From Candidatus Kaiserbacteria bacterium (GTDB lineage: Bacteria; Patescibacteriota; Minisyncoccia; Phycocordibacterales; UBA2100), in NCBI GenBank assembly GCA_016432285.1, contig CP066682.1:81026-115961 (forward strand): a stretch of 34,936 nt of DNA. Direction: 5' to 3'. Position numbers and translations under genes: made by a program. Positions 23,632 through 31,279 of the stretch are shown here, piece after piece (the first letter of the stretch is position 1; each line of letters starts with the position of its first letter). Under the pieces are notes generated by a model. It ran no database searches, was not told the DNA's origin, and was given only the letters and a program-made list of their open reading frames with translations.

Positions 23632-25533
23632 TCAGTCGATGACGCGCTCCCCCCGCTGCGGCAGCGACGCGCTCGTCAGAAGGCGCGTGTCGATGTCTTC
23701 CAAGAATTCCGACGGGACGGTGTATTCGCGCGAACCGTATTTCATGCGCTCGCGCGCGTAGGAGAGGAAGAGCCGTTTCGCGGCGCGCGTGATCGCCACA
23801 TAAAAGAGCCTCCGCTCCTCCTCCTCGTCGCGCTCCGTTTCGCTCTCGCGCATCGAAGGAAAGAGGCCTTGCTCGAGCCCCGTCACGAAGACCGCGTCGA
23901 ATTCCAATCCTTTCGAGGCATGCACCGTGAGGAGCGAGACGGAGCCGCCGCTCTTCTCCTTTTCTTCGATAAGCGCGAGCTCATCCTGCTCGCTCTGGAG
24001 CGCGGCTTCTTCGAGGAGCCGCTCGATTCCTTCGGGAGGCGGCAGGTCGTCGTACTTCGTGGAGAGGTTGACGAGCTCACGCACGTTGCCAAGGCGCTCC
24101 GGCCCCTCTTCGGTGTCTTTTTTCAGCATGGCTTCGATGCCGCTCGCTTCGATCGCAAAGCGCACGGCCTCGGATGCGGGCGCAATCTGCGCCGCCTGTT
24201 TGATGGCAAGCAGTGTTTCGCGAAACGCGTTCACTTTCGAAAGTGCGGCCTGCGGAATGCCCGCATCCCCCGCAAACATCTTGTCGAGCGTTACTTTTCC
24301 GATGCCGCGCGGCGGCACGCTGACGATGCGGGTGATGTCGTTCTTACTTTGCGGATTCAAGGCGGCGCGAAGGTACGAGAGCACGTCTTTCACTTCTCTG
24401 CGCTCGAAGAATCTCGTGCCGAGCACTTTGTACGGCACGCCAAGATGGAGAAACGCTTCTTCGAGCGCCCGCGACTGAAAATTTTCCCGGTACAGCACGG
24501 CGATCTTGCCGGGATCGAAGCCGCTCTCGATCAGGGCGGCGGACATCTGCGCGACGTACCACGCCTCGTCGATCTCGTTCTGCGCGCCATAGAAATGAAT
24601 CGGCTCGCCCGTTTCCTTTTCGGAAAAGAGATTCTTCGGTTTGCGGCGGACGTTTTTGACAATGACCGCGTTTGCGGCGGCGAGAATCGTGCGGGTGGAG
24701 CGGTAATTCTGCTCAAGCGTGACGACCTTCGCGCCGGGAAACGCTTTTTCAAAACCGAGGAGGTGCTCGATGTCGGCACCGCGCCAGCTGTAGATGTTTT
24801 GGTCGGTATCGCCGACGACGCAGAGATTGCGACGCTCGCCGGTGAGGAGCCGCGCGATCTCATACTGCGATTTATTGGTGTCTTGATACTCGTCGATCGT
24901 GAGGTGCGTCCACCGATCTTGCAAAAGCTTCCGCACGCTCTCCGATGTGCGCAAAAGCGTCAGCGTGCGAAGCAGCAGGTCGTCGAAATCGAGCGCACCT
25001 TCTTCCCGGAGCGTTTGCTCGTAGAGATCCCACGCGCGCAGGATCGCCTGCTCGCGGAAGTTAAGCGAGCTACGCGCCCACTCCTCACCCGAAACCCCGT
25101 CGCCTTTTTTCTTTGAAATCGTCGAGAGCGCGCTTTTGGGAGCAATGTCGGATCCGATCTTCGTGAGGATGCCCTTCAGGGCCTTCATGCTGTCGTCGCG
25201 ATCCCAGATCGTGAAAGTCCGCGGCACGCCGACCTCGCGGTGAAATTCCCGCAGGATTCGCACACCGAGAGAGTGGAAGGTCGTGAGGAGGGGGGTGCCC
25301 GTCTTCCCGTCGAGCAGCTTCCGCACCCGCTCGCGCATCTCGCCGGCTGCTTTGTTGGTGAAAGTAACGGCGAGGATCTGGTGCGCGGGCACCCCCGAGG
25401 CGATCAGGTGGGCGATGCGGTGGGTGATGGTCTTGGTCTTCCCCGCCCCCGCCCCGGCGACGATGAGCAAAGGCCCTTCGGTGTGCAAAATAGCCTCTTT
25501 TTGAGCCGCATTGAGGCCATGTAGATAATCCAC
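23632..25533 (-). CDS. pcrA: UvrD/PcrA-family ATP-dependent DNA helicase
   Basis: GAGAGKTKT (motif I), FTNKAAGEMRER, IDEYQDTN, VGDTDQNIYSWRGA, LEQNYRS, TVHASKGLEFD and FYVAITRA. GTG start. Confidence 0.9.
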   Translation of the reverse strand: MDYLHGLNAAQKEAILHTEGPLLIVAGAGAGKTKTITHRIAHLIASGVPAHQILAVTFTNKAAGEMRERVRKLLDGKTGTPLLTTFHSLGVRILREFHREVGVPRTFTIWDRDDSMKALKGILTKIGSDIAPKSALSTISKKKGDGVSGEEWARSSLNFREQAILRAWDLYEQTLREEGALDFDDLLLRTLTLLRTSESVRKLLQDRWTHLTIDEYQDTNKSQYEIARLLTGERRNLCVVGDTDQNIYSWRGADIEHLLGFEKAFPGAKVVTLEQNYRSTRTILAAANAVIVKNVRRKPKNLFSEKETGEPIHFYGAQNEIDEAWYVAQMSAALIESGFDPGKIAVLYRENFQSRALEEAFLHLGVPYKVLGTRFFERREVKDVLSYLRAALNPQSKNDITRIVSVPPRGIGKVTLDKMFAGDAGIPQAALSKVNAFRETLLAIKQAAQIAPASEAVRFAIEASGIEAMLKKDTEEGPERLGNVRELVNLSTKYDDLPPPEGIERLLEEAALQSEQDELALIEEKEKSGGSVSLLTVHASKGLEFDAVFVTGLEQGLFPSMRESETERDEEEERRLFYVAITRAAKRLFLSYARERMKYGSREYTVPSEFLEDIDTRLLTSASLPQRGERVID

Positions 25534-25539
25534 CGGGGA

Positions 25540-25545
25540 ACTATA
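25540..25545 (-). promoter_or_regulatory. -10-like TATAGT, 6 nt before GTG 25533
   Basis: The reverse strand reads GTTATAGTTCCCCGGTG. Confidence 0.4.
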
Positions 25546-25865
25546 ACACGGAGGTTTTTGGCCGATTCCGGGCCCGTTTCCCCGGGCTGCTGCTGGTTGA
25601 CAGAGGCGTTATCCCCCCTTCAAATCTAAAACACGTTGACGCTGAAGACCCCATGAAGGTACAGTAGACGGGACGGTGACGTGTCCGTTTCTTCCGACCC
25701 TGGCCTATCTCTCCGTGGATAAAGGGATATAAAGCCAGACCTCCCGTACTCCGAAGTCACAGTCAAAAAACGGCTTATTGTCTAGCGAAGTGAGAGAAGA
25801 GCAGAGGGTAGCCCCTTTGCTATTCCGAGCGAGCGACGACAAAAAGCCTGTGAAAAAGGCTTATT

Positions 25866-26960
25866 GTGAGCAAAAAAAGTGATTCCCCGGTGGGTCCGGC
25901 AAACCCGCTCGCGGGCGGACATATTCGATCAAAAACCGCACGACCGGTGGTTTCCGCCATCTCCCTCCTTCTCACCGTCGGTACCCTCCTACCCGCCTCT
26001 GCCGAGGCGGGTATTTTGAAGGATTTCCTCGCCTCTTTGCAGGGCGTCGCGAAAGCCGAGACGATCACTACTTCAGGCAATCTCCAGACCATGCAGTTTC
26101 TGCGTCCGGCCCAGAACATCGACCCCAGTGCCGCGCGCGGCGGCGGCGACATCACGATCGTGGACGACTCGGCGCTCCAGCCGCAGGAAGGGCCCTCCGG
26201 CACCATCGCGGATATCGAAAAGCCGAAAAATGCGACCATCAGCGTCTACGTAGTGCGGGAGGGCGATACGCTCTCCGGCATCGCCAAGATGTTCGGCGTC
26301 TCCCCCAGCACGATTCTCTGGGCCAACGACCTCACCTCACGCTCGACGCTCCGGGTGGGGCAGGTGCTGACGATTCTCCCGGTGACCGGACTCAAATACA
26401 CGGTCAAGAAGGGCGATACGCTCGCCTCAATCGCCAAAAAGTACGGCGGCGATGCAGAGGAGATCGCGAGCTTCAACGGCGTCGACGGCCCGCTCGCGGT
26501 GGGAGACGAAATCATCATCCCCGACGGCGAGGTGCCTGCGCTTGCTCCTGCCTCCTCAAAAACCACGACCTCGGTGGCGCGCAACGTCGGCCCCTCGGGC
26601 ACCGCCACGCAGATTGGGTACTACCTCCGACCGCTCGTCGGCGGCACACGCACGCAGGGAATCCACGGCTACAACGGTGTCGACCTCGCGGCGCCGACAG
26701 GCACCCCAGTGCTCGCCTCCGCCGCGGGCGAAGTGATCGTCGCGAAGCAGGGCGGCTGGAACGGTGGCTACGGCAACTACGTGGTGATCCAGCACGACAA
26801 CGGCAGCCAGACGCTCTACTCGCACGAATCGAGCGTCATCGTGTCGGTCGGGCAGCGTGTGCAGCAGGGTCAGGTGATCGGCTACGTCGGCGCGTCCGGC
26901 AAGGCGACCGGGCCCCACGTCCACTTCGAGATCCGCAACGGCATCCGCAATCCCTTCTAG
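25866..26960 (+). CDS. Peptidoglycan endopeptidase, 2x LysM + M23 domain
   Basis: TM or signal anchor. LysM repeats YVVREGDTLSGIAKMFGVSPSTILWAN and YTVKKGDTLASIAKKYGGDAEEIASFN. M23 motifs GVDLAAPTGTPV and GPHVHFEIRNG. Confidence 0.9.
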   Translation: MSKKSDSPVGPANPLAGGHIRSKTARPVVSAISLLLTVGTLLPASAEAGILKDFLASLQGVAKAETITTSGNLQTMQFLRPAQNIDPSAARGGGDITIVDDSALQPQEGPSGTIADIEKPKNATISVYVVREGDTLSGIAKMFGVSPSTILWANDLTSRSTLRVGQVLTILPVTGLKYTVKKGDTLASIAKKYGGDAEEIASFNGVDGPLAVGDEIIIPDGEVPALAPASSKTTTSVARNVGPSGTATQIGYYLRPLVGGTRTQGIHGYNGVDLAAPTGTPVLASAAGEVIVAKQGGWNGGYGNYVVIQHDNGSQTLYSHESSVIVSVGQRVQQGQVIGYVGASGKATGPHVHFEIRNGIRNPF

Positions 26961-27042
26961 CGTATGACGCCGAATCTCATCCAGAATCTGATTCTCTTGG
27001 CGCGCATTTTTTTCTAAATTTGCGACGGAGCCAAAAAAATGC

Positions 27043-27048
27043 TACACT
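27043..27048 (+). promoter_or_regulatory. -10-like TACACT, 9 nt before GTG 27058
   Basis: Read directly. The spacing is slightly longer than at the other sites. Confidence 0.3.
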
Positions 27049-27057
27049 CGGCCAGTT

Positions 27058-28062
27058 GTGCTTGCTGCCGATGTCATAGTCGATCTCCAGTACGGAGATT
27101 GCGGGAAAGGCAAGGTCGCCCACTTTTTGTGTAAGACGAAAAAATACACCCATGTGCTCCGCTACAACGGCGGAGCCAATGCCGGACACACGATTTTTCA
27201 TAACGGAAAGAAATTTGTTACCCACCAGATCCCCGCAGGCGTCTTTTTCGGCATCAAGAGCGTCGTGGGCTCCGGCTGCGTCTTAGACCCCGAGCAGTTT
27301 TTTGCGGAACTAAAGATGCTCGAAGAGGGCGGCGTCGACACGAAGAACAAAATCTTCGTGGCGACGAACACGCACATCATCACCGACGCGCACAAGGCGG
27401 AAGACCGGGAAGTGGGCGGCAAAATCGGCACGACGGGGCGCGGCAATGGCCCGGCGTACCGCGAAAAGTACGGCCGCACGGGGAAGCGCGCCACCGAAGT
27501 GGAGGCCCTGAAGCCCTACCTCCTTGATCTCTACCAAGAGTGGTACGGCGGCAAGAGCGTGAAGGTGCTCGCCGAAGGCGCGCAGGGTTTCGGGCTCGAT
27601 ATCGACTGGGGTGATTATCCGTACGTCACCTCCTCGCACTGCACGACCGCGGGCGCACTCTTGAACGGCCTGCCGCCTTCTTCCATCAACCACGTCTGGG
27701 GCGTCGCGAAAGTGTACGAAACGTACGTCGGCAGCAAAAAGTTCCAGCCCGAGGGTGAGATTTTCAATAAAATCGCCGACATCGGCGAGGAATACGGCGC
27801 CACCACCGGCCGCCGCCGTCAGACCAACTGGATGAATATGCAAACCCTTGAGCGCGCGATCCGTCTCAACGGCGTAACGCACATCGTCTTCAACAAAGTC
27901 GACGTGCTGCGTACGGTGGGGGCGTGGGCTGTGTACGATCAGGATAAAAAAGTGGAGTTCAAAACCGAGAAAGCGTTCAAAGATTTCGTGTCGAAGCGTC
28001 TCAAGAAGCTCGGCATCCTCCCGAAAAATGTTTTCTTCTCCGAGAGCAAGGATCGTATCTGA
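27058..28062 (+). CDS. purA: Adenylosuccinate synthetase, short (334 aa) form
   Basis: QYGDCGKGKV (P-loop), GGANAGHT, TTGRGNGPAY, EGAQGFGLDIDWGDYPYVTSS and GATTGRRRQTNW. Confidence 0.9.
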   Translation: MLAADVIVDLQYGDCGKGKVAHFLCKTKKYTHVLRYNGGANAGHTIFHNGKKFVTHQIPAGVFFGIKSVVGSGCVLDPEQFFAELKMLEEGGVDTKNKIFVATNTHIITDAHKAEDREVGGKIGTTGRGNGPAYREKYGRTGKRATEVEALKPYLLDLYQEWYGGKSVKVLAEGAQGFGLDIDWGDYPYVTSSHCTTAGALLNGLPPSSINHVWGVAKVYETYVGSKKFQPEGEIFNKIADIGEEYGATTGRRRQTNWMNMQTLERAIRLNGVTHIVFNKVDVLRTVGAWAVYDQDKKVEFKTEKAFKDFVSKRLKKLGILPKNVFFSESKDRI

Positions 28063-28069
28063 TCCGCGT

Positions 28070-28627
28070 CTAGCGCTCGCTCGGGATAAGGGTCGTCGTG
28101 GCGTTGTTGAGGTAGAGCTGCACGCGCTGCACGGTAGAAAACTGGAGCGCGGTCTCCTCGATCTGGCTCGCCGCGCGCGGATCGTCACAGACGCCGGAGA
28201 GGCCGGTGAGAGAGCCGGTAAGGTACACATTCGCCGTGCCGTCCACGACCGTGGCGCGGTCGAACTTCAGTGTTTCGTTGGTACGGTCGATAAAGTTGAA
28301 CCAGCTCCCAAGCGTCGTCGTATTGAGGGCAAAGAGCGCCTGCAAAGCTCCCGTGAGCGGCATGGTAGTGGTCGCGATTTTCCACGGCACCATGATCACC
28401 TTGTCGCACCCGCGCGATTTCCCATTTGAATTGCCCTCGAGATCGAGCACAGCGAGCATGACCGACGAAGTGGCGGCCGGATTTTGCGCGCCGCTTTGCG
28501 TGCTCGTAGATGTGGAGGTAGCGTTGTTGCCCGAGCCCGTACCGCCGAGGAAGAACCAGAGACCCCAGAGTACGGCAACGAGAAGCACGATGCCGCCAAG
28601 AATCCAAAGCGCGTTGCGCGTATCCAT
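28070..28627 (-). CDS. Membrane-anchored GerMN-like domain protein
   Basis: Preferred start ATG 28627 (MDTRNALWILGGIVLLVAVLWGLWFFL). The track start GTG 28636 lies inside the -10-like box. The C-terminal domain (LTGALQALFALN...ANVYLTGSLTGLSGVCDDPRAASQIEETALQFSTVQRVQLYLNN) resembles GerMN. Confidence 0.45.
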   Translation of the reverse strand: MDTRNALWILGGIVLLVAVLWGLWFFLGGTGSGNNATSTSTSTQSGAQNPAATSSVMLAVLDLEGNSNGKSRGCDKVIMVPWKIATTTMPLTGALQALFALNTTTLGSWFNFIDRTNETLKFDRATVVDGTANVYLTGSLTGLSGVCDDPRAASQIEETALQFSTVQRVQLYLNNATTTLIPSER

Positions 28628-28634
28628 GAGCGCC

Positions 28635-28640
28635 ACTGTA
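28635..28640 (-). promoter_or_regulatory. -10-like TACAGT, 7 nt before ATG 28627
   Basis: The reverse strand reads GCTACAGTGGCGCTCATG. Confidence 0.4.
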
Positions 28641-28669
28641 GCGGCCTTCTGTGAAGATACAAGGAAGGT

Positions 28670-28942
28670 CTACTTGCCTCCCGTCTCTTGCAGCAGCTTT
28701 TTCACAATCTCCAGCGACTGGTAGAGTTCGAGCCCCTCCTCTTGTACCTGCTGTACGACTTGCAGATGCTCCACTTTTTTATTCAGCGCGTTGATATAAA
28801 AGTGCGTAAGCAGCTCGCCTTGCAACTCCTTCGGGAACTCGTGGAAATGCGCCGCGAGGTACTTGCCCGCGCCGATTTCGTCGTTGCGCTCTTGGTACTC
28901 AACCAATCTGCTGTAGAGATATGCGAGCTGCTTGGAGTCCAT
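28670..28942 (-). CDS. Hypothetical 90-aa helical protein
   Basis: ORF with host-like GC. Its start lies 3 nt after the stop of the 470-aa gene. No family recognised. Confidence 0.45.
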   Translation of the reverse strand: MDSKQLAYLYSRLVEYQERNDEIGAGKYLAAHFHEFPKELQGELLTHFYINALNKKVEHLQVVQQVQEEGLELYQSLEIVKKLLQETGGK

Positions 28943-28945
28943 ACG

Positions 28946-30358
28946 TTAGGTGAGCTTTGTCCTCAGCGCATTTTTGTCGACGACACTCCAGAATGCGCGG
29001 AACACGGCGCCAAGGAGCGTCCCAAAAAGCCCCTGCGGCTTCTCAGCCCCGCCTCCCCCGCGGCTACTCAACGTGTTCATAAAATCGTCGCGGACCGTAT
29101 TCTTGTCGGCGTCAGCCAGGTCGGCAAAGCTGTTGCCGAATTTCCTCACCGCTTCCTTGTCGCGGTACTTTGGCCAGTCTTTCCTGGCGATCGAGCTTAT
29201 GTCGAGGCTGTTTTTCTCCTTCTCAAACTCGGCGAACGTTTTCGGACCACGCGTCGGAATCGCTTCCGCACTTTCGCCAGTCATCGCTTGGGTAAGAAAC
29301 GCGCGCATGAGGTCTTTTTCTTTTGAGAGTGAGGTCGCCATGAGTCCGCCAAGGCGTTTTTGCTCATTTTCGAGAGCCTGGACCGCCCCGGATTCTTCTA
29401 TTTTTTTGACCAAACGGCGAGTCCCGTGTACAGCGCGGTTTGCCTTGTAGTTGATAAAAAGTCGGCCGAGAGGTCCTTGCAGCGCCGATTGAGATCGGAT
29501 GTGCTCACGGACAAAATCTGCCGCCTTTCTTTCCTCATCTGCTATCTCGGGGTGCTCATGGAAGACTCCGCCGATCAGGGCAAATGTATGTGCCACTGCT
29601 CGGGCGAGCTGATCAAATCCTTTTTCTGGGATACGGTGTGCGTTTTGGGGTGGCGGAGCCAAATATGGATACCATCGTGCAAATATCTCACTGCGCACTT
29701 GTTGTAATTCGGCGCGCCGTTCGGCAGGCGTCCAGTTGAGTCGTTCGATGATTGAGAAGTGTTCAGGTTTATATCCAAAATCCTTTACAAGCTGCTCAGT
29801 TGCCGCTTTTGCTTTTGCAAATCCGCGCGAGCTCTCGACCATGCGCACTTTCTCTTGCGCCTTTGTCACTTCGAGGATCAGGTCATCCTTCTGCGCCGCG
29901 CGGAGCGTCAGGAATTCGCGCATGAACTTCGCGCCCTCTTCGTTGTTTTTGAAAGTCGCCCAGATCGCGCCGAAGCCCTCGTCGTGGAGCGCCAGATCCT
30001 CAAACTCCTCGTCTTTGATCGCTTCGAGCGCATGCTGCCCCCATGCGCCGCGATGCTCCGCGGTGAGGCGGGTTTTGTCGGCGGTTTTGAGGTGCTCGAG
30101 CGTTACCTCCTTCGTCTCATCCGCCGCCACCTCTTTGAGCGCGTCAACATTCGGCTTCTCGCTCGGGTCGAGCGTGTCGAGCGTGGCCGAAAGGAGCGCC
30201 GCTTTTTTCGGGTCTGCGATGCGCTCCGGCAGTTTCTCTTCCTTCTTCTCCGCCTCGCCGTGCTCGAACTGCGCGAGGTCGACGCCCGCCGCTTTCTCGC
30301 GGACATTTCTGCGGTTCTTGTCTCTCAAAAAGTCCCGGAGGCCTCCGTCCAATCCCAT
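28946..30358 (-). CDS. Hypothetical 470-aa protein with a C-terminal amphipathic/hydrophobic helix
   Basis: Long ORF with coding-like composition. Ends in GLFGTLLGAVFRAFWSVV. No family or catalytic motif recognised. Confidence 0.55.
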   Translation of the reverse strand: MGLDGGLRDFLRDKNRRNVREKAAGVDLAQFEHGEAEKKEEKLPERIADPKKAALLSATLDTLDPSEKPNVDALKEVAADETKEVTLEHLKTADKTRLTAEHRGAWGQHALEAIKDEEFEDLALHDEGFGAIWATFKNNEEGAKFMREFLTLRAAQKDDLILEVTKAQEKVRMVESSRGFAKAKAATEQLVKDFGYKPEHFSIIERLNWTPAERRAELQQVRSEIFARWYPYLAPPPQNAHRIPEKGFDQLARAVAHTFALIGGVFHEHPEIADEERKAADFVREHIRSQSALQGPLGRLFINYKANRAVHGTRRLVKKIEESGAVQALENEQKRLGGLMATSLSKEKDLMRAFLTQAMTGESAEAIPTRGPKTFAEFEKEKNSLDISSIARKDWPKYRDKEAVRKFGNSFADLADADKNTVRDDFMNTLSSRGGGGAEKPQGLFGTLLGAVFRAFWSVVDKNALRTKLT

Positions 30359-30364
30359 ACGTAA

Positions 30365-30370
30365 ATCTTA
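30365..30370 (-). promoter_or_regulatory. -10-like TAAGAT, 6 nt before ATG 30358
   Basis: The reverse strand reads GCTAAGATTTACGTATG. Lies in the 21-nt gap after the comM remnant stop. Confidence 0.4.
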
Positions 30371-30379
30371 GCACTACCG

Positions 30380-30997
30380 CTAGAGCTCGCGGGAGCGGTA
30401 TTGCAGTGCTTCCAGCATGTGCGGCGACTCCACGGAGGCGCTGCCGCCAAGGTCTGCGATCGTGCGCGCGAGCTTGATCGTGCGATGGTAGCCGCGGGGC
30501 GAGAGCTTCAGCGAGCGAGCGGCGCCTTGCAGCTCGCGCTCCGCCTTTTCGGATACGTTGGCCGACTTCTCGATGTGTTTCGGCTTCATGTCGGCATTCA
30601 CGAGAATGCCGCTGCCGCGAAAGCGCTCGCGCTGTATCTCGCGCGCCGCGCTCACCTCCTCGCGCGCCGCGCGCGTCTCACCCGTAGCCTTCTTCGCGCG
30701 CGTCGAGAGCGACTCGGGCGGCATCGCTCCCACATGCACCCAGAGATCGATGCGGTCGGCGATCGGGCCCGAGATCTTGCGGCGGTATTTCTCGATCGCG
30801 TGCGGCATGCACACGCAGCGCGTGGATCCCCAGAAGCCGCAGGGGCACGGATTCAGCGCCGCGATCAGCATGAACGAGGCGGGAAAAATTGCCGAGCCTC
30901 GCGCGCGAGAGATGCTCACGGTCCGGTCCTCGAGCGGTTCGCGGAGCGCCTGGATCACATCGCGGTGAAACTCGGGAAACTCGTCGGCAACTAGAAG
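30380..30997 (-). pseudogene. comM: comM/yifB (Mg-chelatase-like AAA+ competence protein), 3-prime fragment only, truncated by element insertion
   Basis: The frame reads (LL)VADEFPEFHRDVIQALREPLEDRTVSISRARGSAIFPASFMLIAALNPCPCG..., i.e. it begins at the Walker B (xxDExPEF) of a roughly 500-aa family. The N-terminal ~300 aa are absent. An in-frame TAA at comp 30998-31000 and a GC drop occur exactly here. Confidence 0.75.
30985..30997. other. Predicted host/element junction (attL or attR) inside comM
   Basis: ComM homology and high GC end here, and low-GC sequence begins. The stop codon of the element's 70-aa ORF is at comp 30991-30993. Confidence 0.5.
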
Positions 30998-31203
30998 TTA
31001 AGTTCGTTGTTCTCGAACATCCGAACGAACTCTTTGAGATTCTTTTCTTCAATGTAGTATCGGCTACCAGACCGCTTCCCTGTTTTAATCGGCTTGAGAA
31101 TATGCTGGTAGTAATCAACGTACTTGCGAATCGTCTTGTAGCTCGTGTGCCAGTAAATAAGATTCTGCTTTTGGATTTGTGCCAATGAGTAAAGCTTTTT
31201 CAT
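30991..31203 (-). CDS. Small HTH DNA-binding protein (excisionase/RDF-like guess)
   Basis: 70 aa. YSLAQIQKQNLIYWHTSYKTIRKYV...GSRYYIEEKNLKEFV resembles the excisionase-family HTH layout. Located at the extreme end of the element. Confidence 0.4.
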   Translation of the reverse strand: MKKLYSLAQIQKQNLIYWHTSYKTIRKYVDYYQHILKPIKTGKRSGSRYYIEEKNLKEFVRMFENNELNF

Positions 31204-31279
31204 AGTGTTGAAGTGAGACGAGCGAATCCACGATCCTTTCTCGTCCTAGTAATCGGGTAAGTAATGGTATCTATTATCT

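Noticed and set aside
23314-25116. 600-aa plus-strand ORF
   Set aside because: Antisense shadow of the UvrD/PcrA helicase and rsmA. It is an Arg/Leu/Ala-rich low-information sequence.
25546-25865. c-di-AMP (ydaO-type) riboswitch upstream of the M23/LysM hydrolase
   Set aside because: I could not find the conserved ydaO blocks (for example GGGGUGAAUC, ACCCGA, CAGCUAACC) on either strand. The region is kept only as an unclassified leader.
26961-27042. Possible terminator after the M23 gene (GGCGCGCATTTTTTT)
   Set aside because: The stem is only the self-complementary GCGCGC with no real loop. The nearby AGAATC/GATTCT inverted repeat has a 1-nt loop. Neither is a convincing intrinsic terminator.
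27310-28230. 306-aa minus-strand ORF
   Set aside because: Antisense to purA and overlapping the GerMN-like gene. No motifs; a high-GC artefact. The same reasoning applies to 13614..14486, 15267..15959, 9006..9923, 8861..9754, 12563..13171, 17204..18130, 19439..20320 and 29736..30371.
30380-30958. The 192-aa track ORF treated as an intact small gene
   Set aside because: Its sequence is the C-terminal ~40% of ComM/YifB. Homology continues upstream of the ATG to the element junction, so it is a truncated remnant rather than a stand-alone gene.
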